A stretch of DNA of 19,735 bases from an uncultured archaeon (GCA_964590575.1 CAZPWM010000020.1:17977-37711); one strand, 5' to 3'; numbered from the stretch's first letter, positions 8,112-16,820 are shown. Numbers and translations: made by a program. The notes: generated by a model not told the origin, from the letters alone.

Positions 8112-9060
8112 CAGATTCCATAGCCTCCCGTAAACTAGTAAAGTTGCGATGAAGGAGCACTTCAGGCTCGTACCCCTGTTTCAGTGGTTCCACATTAAGT
8201 CCTGTAGCTTCATGTTCTGGAACTAGAACCTTTAACCCCCCTTCTGTAGGGAAGATGGTCATTCGAACTGGCCATAAGGCTAACAGATCCTCGACCGTCT
8301 TCTGATCTTTCGCAATTCTGTACCCTTTCATCATTAGTCCATTCTGCTCGTCAATTATTGGTATCATCTGAATAGCTTCTGAAAGAAGGGTAGGAGTAGG
8401 TCCTCTGGTTTCAATCCCATAAGTACGTAGAAGAGCAATGACTCTATCAAACATTGGTCGGTCTCTTCCGTTCGCGATAAAGACGACATCAAGGTCTTCG
8501 AAATGAGTCAATGAAATAGGCAACAAAGATCGAGCTCGCATCAATTCTACAACATTGTTTCGGTGGTCTGAGTTAATGACGATGATACTATTTGAAGAAT
8601 TGACTGTGAAGGACGAACCATCTCCAGTCTGTACAACTCGCTTTGAGAGGTTTCTTATTGGATTCCCTTGTGACTGTGGAAGGAATTCCTGAACCTGAAC
8701 CATCAATGATGACGGGTCTCCGATGAAAGAAACGATAACCGATGTAGCAATTGCCGTTGCTATAGACGCCACCAAACCGAAAGGTAGAGCAACTACGAAA
8801 GCTACCACGACCAAATATCCTGTAGCCGCATAGGACACGATATTTAGAATCATCTTTACAGGTGTATCATCAGTCTGTTTTTTGACAACTCTGAGAAGCA
8901 CAATTGTGACAATGCCTACGAGTAAAAGCGGGAGCGGATTACCACCTCGAAATGCAAGAACAACTGCCACCACTGAAGCAAGGAGTTCAGCTCCCCCTGC
9001 AAGAGCTATTGCTCCAGCAAATATCAAACCGATTAGCTTGATGATGCCCTTTCCAAACAC
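8095..9060 (-). CDS. Membrane protein: about 4 N-terminal TM helices plus a soluble C-terminal domain, function unknown
   Basis: 321 aa. Residues ~8-113 form four hydrophobic stretches. The GTG start overlaps the upstream TAG by 1 nt, and the stop overlaps the next gene's start. Confidence 0.75.
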   Translation of the reverse strand: MFGKGIIKLIGLIFAGAIALAGGAELLASVVAVVLAFRGGNPLPLLLVGIVTIVLLRVVKKQTDDTPVKMILNIVSYAATGYLVVVAFVVALPFGLVASIATAIATSVIVSFIGDPSSLMVQVQEFLPQSQGNPIRNLSKRVVQTGDGSSFTVNSSNSIIVINSDHRNNVVELMRARSLLPISLTHFEDLDVVFIANGRDRPMFDRVIALLRTYGIETRGPTPTLLSEAIQMIPIIDEQNGLMMKGYRIAKDQKTVEDLLALWPVRMTIFPTEGGLKVLVPEHEATGLNVEPLKQGYEPEVLLHRNFTSLREAMESVESTT

Positions 9061-9779
9061 TATACATGACCCCCAACGGGTGCAGACACTCTAGATGTCT
9101 GAGGTTGCACTATTGGAATACCATTTTCCATCAGCCGTAGTGTTCCAATCAGTTCTTGATCTTCAAGTGTGTCAACAACTCTCATTATTCGAGTTGAGTC
9201 TTCCAAAGCATTTCTGACAAGCAAAATATCATGGTCCACCCATTTCTTGATAGTGCGATGGTGCACTGCTAGGTTGCCCGTTTCACTCATGGCTCGACTC
9301 TCACTTGTGATGATGATTCTTACTCCCTTCTCATCCACAATTCCCGCAAGCGTGGGAAGAGCTTCTTCGAACAGCTCTCTACCCCATAGAATTGGGTCCT
9401 CTCGAGCCATATCGAGTAACCTTGTTATCGAATCTATCACAATAAGGGAAACTCCTTCAGGAAGAGACCTAGAGAGACCTAGAATGAGGTTTCGAACCTC
9501 TTGCCTATCAATAGCCATGGTGACAGACACATTTTGGATTGACCCATCTGCAGATTCGATTGTTCGTTTCAGGCTTGGAATGAAACTTTGTTTGGAATCT
9601 GTATTGATCCATTCTACCTTTGAATACCGCGAAACTTCTGATGCAATAGAGCAGGCAAAGAGCGTTTTTCCTGAACCAGCATCCCCCCAGAGATGTATCA
9701 GACCGTCCAATGCTAAAGTTTCAGTGAGCATAGTATTAGACACTCGCTGATTCACGCTCCTCCTCAAGTTCAACCTCAT
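9060..9779 (-). CDS. RadB/Rad51-paralog-like ATPase with intact Walker A
   Basis: HLWGDAGSGKT, VEWINTD, Walker B LIVIDSI, IIITSE and KKWVDHDILL. No N-terminal HhH domain, so it is not RadA. The true start is uncertain (GTG 9755, GTG 9743 or ATG 9731, downstream of GAGGAGGAG). Confidence 0.85.
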   Translation of the reverse strand: MRLNLRRSVNQRVSNTMLTETLALDGLIHLWGDAGSGKTLFACSIASEVSRYSKVEWINTDSKQSFIPSLKRTIESADGSIQNVSVTMAIDRQEVRNLILGLSRSLPEGVSLIVIDSITRLLDMAREDPILWGRELFEEALPTLAGIVDEKGVRIIITSESRAMSETGNLAVHHRTIKKWVDHDILLVRNALEDSTRIMRVVDTLEDQELIGTLRLMENGIPIVQPQTSRVSAPVGGHV

Positions 9780-11412
9780 CTATTAGAGAAAGCTGCTGCG
9801 TGTCCCTGACCTTCTTCTTTTGTTTCCTAATGCTGGCTGTGACCACATCAGCCCCTATTATGTTGGTTTCAGGTCCATCGGGTTCTGTAGATTCCTCATT
9901 GGTAGTAGAGGTCTCTACAGATGCATGGAGCATCTGATCGAGAAGTTCAACTTCATCTTCCGAATCTTTCTTTGAAACTGGCTGAGTTTCTTCGCTCTCA
10001 ACTGCTGCAGAATTCTGAATGGGGTTTGGAATCTCTACATCATCAGTCGCCATATCTTTGTTTATCGCCTCAATAATTTCGTCTCGAGCACGATTATTGA
10101 GATGGTTATCTATCGCGTCTTTGATGTCTGGTCGAAGAGCTCCAATGTTGTATAGTGCCTCATTCAGTTGTGTTAGACAACGGACTGCTTCACCAAATGA
10201 AATCGCTTTTTTTACATGTCCCGTTAGACTAACATAAGCTAGCGCTAGAGACTCCTCCTCCCCAACACCTCCAAGATCTTGGAACAATCCAAGAAATTTT
10301 CGAAGTCCTACATCTGCAGATTTCATAGATATAGATCTTGAATCACTCTCAAGGGGTGCTAGTCTGACACACTCGTCAAGGACGGAACAAGCTGCGCTCA
10401 CTGCTGCATCAACATCGCCCTCCTCTAGAGCCCGACCTGCTGTAGCAATTAATGGAGAAACTATGAAATTTAGATCACCAATAAGTACCAACTTATCTTC
10501 GTTCTCAATGATTGATTTTGATATTCTCTCCGCATCACCCAACCTATCGAGTACTTTCTGTTCTTCTGAGATTTTAGTGACAAAAGCATTGATTGAATTT
10601 CTTGAAGATTGTAGCAACCAACCACTAACAAGCCCTGATGAAGCACTGGCCAAAAGAGGGATTATCAATGACCCAGAGCCAACTGTGAGTACTGAGAGAC
10701 TTGCAACAACTCCAATGATTAGACCTGAGAGAGCAAGAACACCAAACCATCCTCGAGAGAGACCACTCTCTAAGAGTGACCACTTGTTATCTAAAACACT
10801 CTTCTTTAAGTCTGGAAGCTTTGAACGAGCATCACTTCGACGAATAAGGACAAACTCATCGGGTGTTACTATCCTTCCTGTATCTGTGAGCCAAGTCAGG
10901 TCCATCGTTGGCTTGGTTCCTTCAGTGATGACATAGACAGTCCTTGTTTCGTGAATAAGTGACTCTGTCTTTCCTGATGATGATTGGAGCAGAGGCAGGC
11001 GAACGCGACCCCATGGAGTCACCACAGTCTGTTCCTTAATGAATTCATCTAGCCCTACGTCTCCGAGGACCCGAGGTAGTGATCTATTGATACTCTCAAG
11101 GACTGCAGCTCTCATTGCCAAGCCGCTGTTTCCAAACGCTGCCTCTCGGAGGTCTAAAACGTAGACAATGTCCACGTGAACGCCCCGAGTGCCTGGAACC
11201 GCCTCTAATCTAACACCTAGAGTAAGGCCATTTGGATATCTCATAGTAAAATGTCCAGTTACTTCCAGTGCGGCAGAAATGTCATGTTCTTTCTTCTCTT
11301 TTGTCTGAGGTTCCTGTTCAAGGTCTTCGCCTTCAGTTACCTTCTCTTCTCCCTTTGCCATTGTCAACCAATCTGCTCCTCCTTTGTCATTGTTCCTCTC
11401 CTCCTCTTTCAT
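9736..11412 (-). CDS. Membrane protein with 2 central TM helices, coiled-coil/helical domain and acidic disordered C-tail
   Basis: 558 aa. Hydrophobic hairpin WFGVLALSGLIIGVVASLSVLTVG / LIIPLLASASSGLVSGWLL; E/D/S/T-rich tail. The start may be TTG 11367 or ATG 11361, after GGAGGAG. Confidence 0.75.
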   Translation of the reverse strand: MKEEERNNDKGGADWLTMAKGEEKVTEGEDLEQEPQTKEKKEHDISAALEVTGHFTMRYPNGLTLGVRLEAVPGTRGVHVDIVYVLDLREAAFGNSGLAMRAAVLESINRSLPRVLGDVGLDEFIKEQTVVTPWGRVRLPLLQSSSGKTESLIHETRTVYVITEGTKPTMDLTWLTDTGRIVTPDEFVLIRRSDARSKLPDLKKSVLDNKWSLLESGLSRGWFGVLALSGLIIGVVASLSVLTVGSGSLIIPLLASASSGLVSGWLLQSSRNSINAFVTKISEEQKVLDRLGDAERISKSIIENEDKLVLIGDLNFIVSPLIATAGRALEEGDVDAAVSAACSVLDECVRLAPLESDSRSISMKSADVGLRKFLGLFQDLGGVGEEESLALAYVSLTGHVKKAISFGEAVRCLTQLNEALYNIGALRPDIKDAIDNHLNNRARDEIIEAINKDMATDDVEIPNPIQNSAAVESEETQPVSKKDSEDEVELLDQMLHASVETSTTNEESTEPDGPETNIIGADVVTASIRKQKKKVRDTQQLSLIDEVELEEERESASV

Positions 11413-13582
11413 TGAATCTACTCTTTAGAGCCTCCAAGAGACTCCGAGACATTCCAAGAACCTTCGAGAGCCCCCCGATCTCAGAAATGATTGATACTGA
11501 GTGAAGGAGCCACCTCGAAGACTCTAACAACCCGTACATGTCTCCCATACTAATACCAAGCTGGTCTGCTAGTTGCCTGACTGAGATATCAGTCGAAGCC
11601 AATGCAGCCATCATATGATCAAAAGAATCATCCAAGTTATTTCCACTTTCAAGCGAAATGAGATGACGAAGCAACCATAATAGGTGCGTGTTGTCCTCCA
11701 TTGTTGGAAGTAATGCGAGTAGTTCCCGTACTGTAGGGACACTCAGGTATAATCTGTTTACAGTTCTACCAAGTTTGGTAGGCTTTAGTTTTCCATCGAC
11801 ATCCCCTTCGACAAGACCAAGCCGGATTAATAATGCAAGAGGTGAGGTCTCTGAAAGTGCCAAGGGAATTACATAGTCTGCTAGAGTACCAAGCTCTCGA
11901 GAGGCAGTCATGCCTAATGTTACTAGATGATGACACAGAATTCCTTGTTCTGTCATAGGTCGACCACACGAACACCCTGCTCCCTCTGTGAGTCCTGATG
12001 GTGCTAGTCTTGCAGAGAACCTGCAGGTATACTGTCCACCTCCATAACCAGTAACAATTCCTCCAATCACGGTCTCATGTTGTTCTCTGATTTTCGTAGC
12101 TCCAAGTACTCCCTTTCTAGCTGATTGAATTGTGTCTGTTAGTGCATGGCGCTCCAGAGCCGCCTCTGCTGTGATTTCTCCTAATTGCAGAACTCTCATT
12201 GGTGCCATGGAGTCTCTGATTGCACTATGAACCAGAAATGACTCACCCAAGATTCCATTCTCAATCTCTTCCAAGGTGGCTGAAGATAGCATATCGAGAA
12301 TCACAAGGAGTTGTTCAGACAATGAGCTTGGTTCTCCCAACACACTGGAGATTGGGTCGTGCTTTGGCATGAGGAGTTCTTTTCCTGTGTCTTGGTCGGT
12401 CAGAACATCAAAATATCGAGTCTTGACCTTATCTGCTTCACCCGTGCTTCCGGCAAGGATTATTCCAAATCCAACCTTATCGCGACCGGGTCGTCCCGCA
12501 CGACCTAGCATCTGATGAACATTGTTTGCTGATAGAACTGCTCGGTAGTTTTGTGGTGACAATGTGTTGGACAAGATCACAGTTCGAGCTGGTAGATCCA
12601 TTCCAGCAGCCAATGTAGATGTAGCAGAGATCACTCTGACGAGACCTTGATTAAAGAGTCGCTCTACTAGTCTACGAGTCTGATAGTCAAGGCCAGCGTG
12701 GTGATATGCAGTGCCATCATGAAGGAGAGCTCTCATATCTGAAGGGAGATTGATATTGGCATTCTCTAGCGACTTGAGTTCTAAGTCTAACCTATCCTTC
12801 TCTCCTGAAGTGAATTGTCGTCCGACATCTTCTCCGAGTCTGATAGCCTGAGCCTCGGCTTCTCTCCTAGTCCGATTGAATACAATCGCTTGTGCATCTC
12901 CTTGCACTGTGGTCATTACCAGTTTCTTGAGACTTCGGTTCTTGTCCGCTGTAACCACAATTTTACAAACGAGAGGGACCGGTCTATCATCTGATTCAAC
13001 TAATTCGCACCCTATCCATTCGGCTAGCTCCTCGGGAGACCCCACAGTGGCAGAAAGTGCGATGATTTGAAGGTCCGCCAGTTGTCGCTTCATTCGAATA
13101 ATGAGGCTCTCGAGTCTAGCTCCTCTTCCAGGGTCCGCAAGAGTCTGAATCTCATCAATCACAACAGTTCCAAGCTCGCTAATCCAGCTTGCATTTCGAC
13201 GAAGGAGCGAGTCTGCTCTTTCATACGTTGTCACAATAATGTCATGCTCAGCAAATTCTTCCCCAGAGTTTTGAAAATCACCAGTGCTGAGACCAATCAT
13301 TACTCCAAACACTTCATATCGATTTTTGAGTACTTGGCTCACTTGTACAGCCAGAGCTCGAAGAGGAACCAGAAACAATCCCTTCTTTCCAGAAGTCACT
13401 GCACGGAGTAAGGCCAATTCACCAACGAGAGTCTTTCCGGAGCCTGTAGGGCTAGACACCATGATACTCTTACCATCGAGGAGTCCTTTGTCAATAGCTA
13501 GGTTTTGGATTCCTCTAGGTTTGATTCCAGCTTTACCCATGATTTCCTCGACTTTTGAGGCGACATCAGCTACAGCTATCAT
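11387..13582 (-). CDS. Ski2-like SF2 helicase (Hel308/Hjm/HELQ-type) with a SWIM zinc finger inserted in the winged-helix region
   Basis: Q motif IQNLAIDKGLLDG, SPTGSGKT, VVIDEIQ, ALSAT, YHHAGL, TSTLAAGMDLPA, QMLGRAGRPG and WH-ending PTKLGRTVNRLYL. SWIM signature CSC-x10-CHH at residues 537-552. Confidence 0.9.
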   Translation of the reverse strand: MIAVADVASKVEEIMGKAGIKPRGIQNLAIDKGLLDGKSIMVSSPTGSGKTLVGELALLRAVTSGKKGLFLVPLRALAVQVSQVLKNRYEVFGVMIGLSTGDFQNSGEEFAEHDIIVTTYERADSLLRRNASWISELGTVVIDEIQTLADPGRGARLESLIIRMKRQLADLQIIALSATVGSPEELAEWIGCELVESDDRPVPLVCKIVVTADKNRSLKKLVMTTVQGDAQAIVFNRTRREAEAQAIRLGEDVGRQFTSGEKDRLDLELKSLENANINLPSDMRALLHDGTAYHHAGLDYQTRRLVERLFNQGLVRVISATSTLAAGMDLPARTVILSNTLSPQNYRAVLSANNVHQMLGRAGRPGRDKVGFGIILAGSTGEADKVKTRYFDVLTDQDTGKELLMPKHDPISSVLGEPSSLSEQLLVILDMLSSATLEEIENGILGESFLVHSAIRDSMAPMRVLQLGEITAEAALERHALTDTIQSARKGVLGATKIREQHETVIGGIVTGYGGGQYTCRFSARLAPSGLTEGAGCSCGRPMTEQGILCHHLVTLGMTASRELGTLADYVIPLALSETSPLALLIRLGLVEGDVDGKLKPTKLGRTVNRLYLSVPTVRELLALLPTMEDNTHLLWLLRHLISLESGNNLDDSFDHMMAALASTDISVRQLADQLGISMGDMYGLLESSRWLLHSVSIISEIGGLSKVLGMSRSLLEALKSRFNERGGEEQ

Positions 13583-15933
13583 GCACTAGCACCTACCACT
13601 TCCTCGGCTTGACGGAGAGCCATACTTCCTTTCATCGTGATTCTGAAATTCGAGTACGAAACCCCACTGTGATTCTCATGACCCCTAAGGATCATACTTG
13701 CGTGCTCTAATCTTGCAAGCACCCCCTCGATATCCGGACTCTTTTCAGTCCCATTAGCAACTACAAACCGTCTTACAGCTTCCTCCGTTAGTGGTTCATA
13801 CCTTTCAAGAAGTTTGAGAACTCTGACTGCAAGGTCTGTATCCCCTGCTGCAACCATGTCAAGGAGTGTCCTATCGTGCAGTGACGTGTCCTGAGTTTCA
13901 GCCGGGACTAGCTTGTCTATCCGCTGTGACATATCCTGGTCCATATCAGGCTTTGAGAGATCGGGTGATTCATCAAGTTGAATCGGTTGACATGTTTCGG
14001 TTCCATCATGAACCAAAAGCGCTGTGTGATCATCCATGATTCTAAGGAACGATGATTCTCTGGGCGAGATACGAGCTTTCGTGTGCATCCCTGTTGTTAT
14101 CACACTTAACCCGAGTAAGTCCGAGATAATCTTGATATCAACTGACTCTCGTATTCGAAGGGAAACGCAGGATTCAAGGACACCAATGGCTCCAGGAGCC
14201 ATATCCGCTGGGTGTTCAAGTGCGAGAATCAGTGGACCTCTTCTCTTCAAATTCTTCAACAATCGCTCAGAGAATGAATCATGTTTCATGAATCGCCGGT
14301 TTCTGATTCTCATATTCTCAGCACCATCAAGAATGATGACAAGATTCGGATCCGGTTGCATTCCTGCGAGCTTCATACACATGAGGTTCCAAGCAAAGCT
14401 GTCTAGTCCCGTAGAGCCTAGCGATACTTTGATGATTGATAATGAGGGGTCTGCAAGACGTCTTGTTGGAACTGTTTGTGTTCCATAGAATGCTCTCGCG
14501 GCAGGTCCCATATGGAGCGACCTGATTGCCTCCAAACCAATGAGTGACTTTTTCGACGGTTTTTGTTCTTGAGACATTGTTCCATCTGAAGAAATAGTGC
14601 TAGGATCCTCAAATTCCGGACTCAAGCGAACGTCGGCAAGAGTGGCATTTCCTAATGATACAGCTCTTGAAACAGCAATCTCAAGTTCTGCAGCACCACG
14701 TAAATCCTGCGCCGCAACAACTTGGAGGGCAGACATAAAGAGAGGCACATACTCGCTGCGTGGCACTCCCTCTGAGTCAAGAGGATTCAATACAAGGTCT
14801 CTTCCTAACTCAAGAAACACAGAAGCTTCCGAGAGCCCCGTCAAGTTTGCTATGGATGAAGTGCCTGTCACAAGTACGACTCTTTTTCCAGCTCGCAGTA
14901 ACTCGGATGTGAGTAAGGCTAACACGTGATGTCTTGCATTCTCAGTACCTCCACAGATTAGCGTTCCACTTTCAAGATCTGCATGTGATAGACCTGCTGG
15001 GGGTCCAGTTTGGAGTGTATCCGGATTTAATGTAGATCCAAGTCGATAATCATCGGGGCGCCCTCGAATTGGTGCAATGAACTGACCGGGAATATTACTC
15101 CCGACTTCAGCGGCCAACTCACTTCGCAATTGAACTAACCATTCTGCCAGTTCAGAGCCTGCCGCATAGAACCAGCTATCTTGTTCATCGATTTTGTGCT
15201 GCTTCATTCTTGAATGCAGAACTTGTGGTTTAACTCTCTTCCAATCTTTCTCAGGAACTGCAGCTCTCACCGCAGAGTCGAAGGAGTCAATCTGTGTTGC
15301 ATCGCGCATATGTCCGATAATTGTGGCATGTGACACCCAAAGACCACCCCGTCTAGCGAGATAGGCATCCAGTGCTCCCTTTGACAATGCAGAAAGATAG
15401 CCTTCTAACAAGTTGGAGACTCTTTCTTCATCCATCGCCCTAGTAATCTCTTCAGGCTTCATGGTTACATAGAGTCCAAACCCAGTAGATGTATCGAGGG
15501 CTCTTACTAGTGATCCGACACTGCCCAGTAGATTAGGACTTGCTTTGCCAAGATCCATTCCGATGGAATAACGTGTGCCACCAACTCCCCTTAACTCGAC
15601 ATTCTCAGAATCAACGAGAACTGATACATCTCCTTCTGGTATCTGTATCCATGAACCCTGAAGAAGTACGTTCATATCTTTCATGTCTTTAAGCTTCGGA
15701 GAAAGATATTGAGTCAAGAGAATGATAACTGCAGCAATTGTTGTTGCTACTGGAATGTATAAGCCCACCACAATCGCTACCAATGTTCCAAATAGTATCT
15801 TAGCTAGTGGGCGACCAAGCTCTCTATTGTCCCATCGGATCTCTGTCCCTACAGTGATTGTTCCCTTAGATTCAGATAATTCCTGGAGTGGGTCGACCTC
15901 TGGTTTTGTACCAAGTATCAGACGTTTACCCAT
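13579..15933 (-). CDS. Membrane-anchored HerA/VirB4/FtsK-superfamily protein with degenerate ATPase motifs and a C-terminal winged helix
   Basis: Two TM helices at ~43-76. HerA-like lead-in YRLG...PAGLSHADLESGTLICG. Walker A position GGTENAR, LVLNPL, Walker B position VIILDGAEN, and KRRGPLILALEHPADM (cf. RKxG...ATQxP). C-terminal wHTH-like VLKLLERYEPLT...VLARLEHASMI...FRITMKG. Confidence 0.75.
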   Translation of the reverse strand: MGKRLILGTKPEVDPLQELSESKGTITVGTEIRWDNRELGRPLAKILFGTLVAIVVGLYIPVATTIAAVIILLTQYLSPKLKDMKDMNVLLQGSWIQIPEGDVSVLVDSENVELRGVGGTRYSIGMDLGKASPNLLGSVGSLVRALDTSTGFGLYVTMKPEEITRAMDEERVSNLLEGYLSALSKGALDAYLARRGGLWVSHATIIGHMRDATQIDSFDSAVRAAVPEKDWKRVKPQVLHSRMKQHKIDEQDSWFYAAGSELAEWLVQLRSELAAEVGSNIPGQFIAPIRGRPDDYRLGSTLNPDTLQTGPPAGLSHADLESGTLICGGTENARHHVLALLTSELLRAGKRVVLVTGTSSIANLTGLSEASVFLELGRDLVLNPLDSEGVPRSEYVPLFMSALQVVAAQDLRGAAELEIAVSRAVSLGNATLADVRLSPEFEDPSTISSDGTMSQEQKPSKKSLIGLEAIRSLHMGPAARAFYGTQTVPTRRLADPSLSIIKVSLGSTGLDSFAWNLMCMKLAGMQPDPNLVIILDGAENMRIRNRRFMKHDSFSERLLKNLKRRGPLILALEHPADMAPGAIGVLESCVSLRIRESVDIKIISDLLGLSVITTGMHTKARISPRESSFLRIMDDHTALLVHDGTETCQPIQLDESPDLSKPDMDQDMSQRIDKLVPAETQDTSLHDRTLLDMVAAGDTDLAVRVLKLLERYEPLTEEAVRRFVVANGTEKSPDIEGVLARLEHASMILRGHENHSGVSYSNFRITMKGSMALRQAEEVVGASA

Positions 15934-16231
15934 GTTTCACTCCCTCCGACTTTGCTATCAATCGTTGAGTACTTCTTTGAAGCATGTCCAAGACCTGTCT
16001 GAGACGGTCCACATAGGCTGGGTCACCACCAGCTATGACAATAGCCCTGTTTCCTGTCATTAGTAGCTCTGGCATATTGCCAAGAGTTGGATTACCGTGC
16101 GCAACAAGCAAAGGTTGTCGTGTGAGAACAGTCCATTTGTATCCGTGGCCAAGTTCAAGAGACCTCATTATGTCCTCGGGCTTAACCCCGGTGGGTATCT
16201 CCAGGCCTGAACGTAATTCACTTGGATACAT
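15926..16231 (-). CDS. Small hypothetical protein
   Basis: 101 aa, ATG with GGAGG upstream, overlapping both neighbours (14 nt and 8 nt) in operon orientation. Confidence 0.75.
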   Translation of the reverse strand: MYPSELRSGLEIPTGVKPEDIMRSLELGHGYKWTVLTRQPLLVAHGNPTLGNMPELLMTGNRAIVIAGGDPAYVDRLRQVLDMLQRSTQRLIAKSEGVKHG

Positions 16232-16820
16232 TGGACTCTAAGCCTCCTGTGTTTACAATCAGAACATCCTGTTTCTCTGCCCGTTCTATAGGCAAATGCG
16301 GATACGCTGCTCTCATTGCGCTTTCAAGAATCATGATATCTGCTATCAACAACTTTGATAGTTGTTCGACCTTTGACCGAGTGTTTGGTAGACGGAGCGA
16401 ACTTCTGCGGACAAGCATCCCCACTTTCGTTAATTCATTTCCAACTGGCCGTGTGATGAAGAAGACGAGAGTTCCGCCTTTTTCGTTCTCGAAGCGAGTG
16501 TGCATAGCTTGGAGAACTTTTGTTGCTGAATGACTTAGATCAATTCCGAGTGGTACACTTCCAAAAAGTCTTGCAGCACATAGCTCTACTCGCCAGGGTC
16601 TGATAGTTGCAATAAATCCTCGATGTTCATCCCATAGTATATTGGGGTTGTAGCTTGACTTATAGTCGAGATATAGAAATACAGAATAGATCAGAATCCC
16701 CGTCCCTATTAGAGCAACATCTGTGAGGTCATTGGGCGAAATCCAAACTTTCAGTAGTAACGTTGTGACAAATACTGAAAGTGTGAGCCACTTGAGTCCT
16801 GGTATGTCAATGATCTTCAT
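16218..16820 (-). CDS. Membrane protein (2 N-terminal TM helices), apparent paralog of the N-terminal domain of the HerA/VirB4-like protein
   Basis: 200 aa, ATGA overlap with the upstream helicase and GGAGG upstream. Its VEL...LGIDLS and ESAMRAAYP segments match VEL...IGMDLG and DSAVRAAVP in the 784-aa protein. Confidence 0.75.
   Translation of the reverse strand: MKIIDIPGLKWLTLSVFVTTLLLKVWISPNDLTDVALIGTGILIYSVFLYLDYKSSYNPNILWDEHRGFIATIRPWRVELCAARLFGSVPLGIDLSHSATKVLQAMHTRFENEKGGTLVFFITRPVGNELTKVGMLVRRSSLRLPNTRSKVEQLSKLLIADIMILESAMRAAYPHLPIERAEKQDVLIVNTGGLESNVSK

Noticed and set aside
13579-15933. Canonical HerA of the herA-mre11-rad50-nurA operon
   Set aside because: It has TM helices and dead Walker motifs, and no Mre11, Rad50 or NurA genes are present in the window.
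8095-16820. Conjugative element/T4SS or provirus interpretation
   Set aside because: No integrase, relaxase, transposase, capsid gene, att site or obvious compositional shift is visible, and the VirB4-like protein lacks catalytic motifs. Genes beyond the window cannot be excluded.
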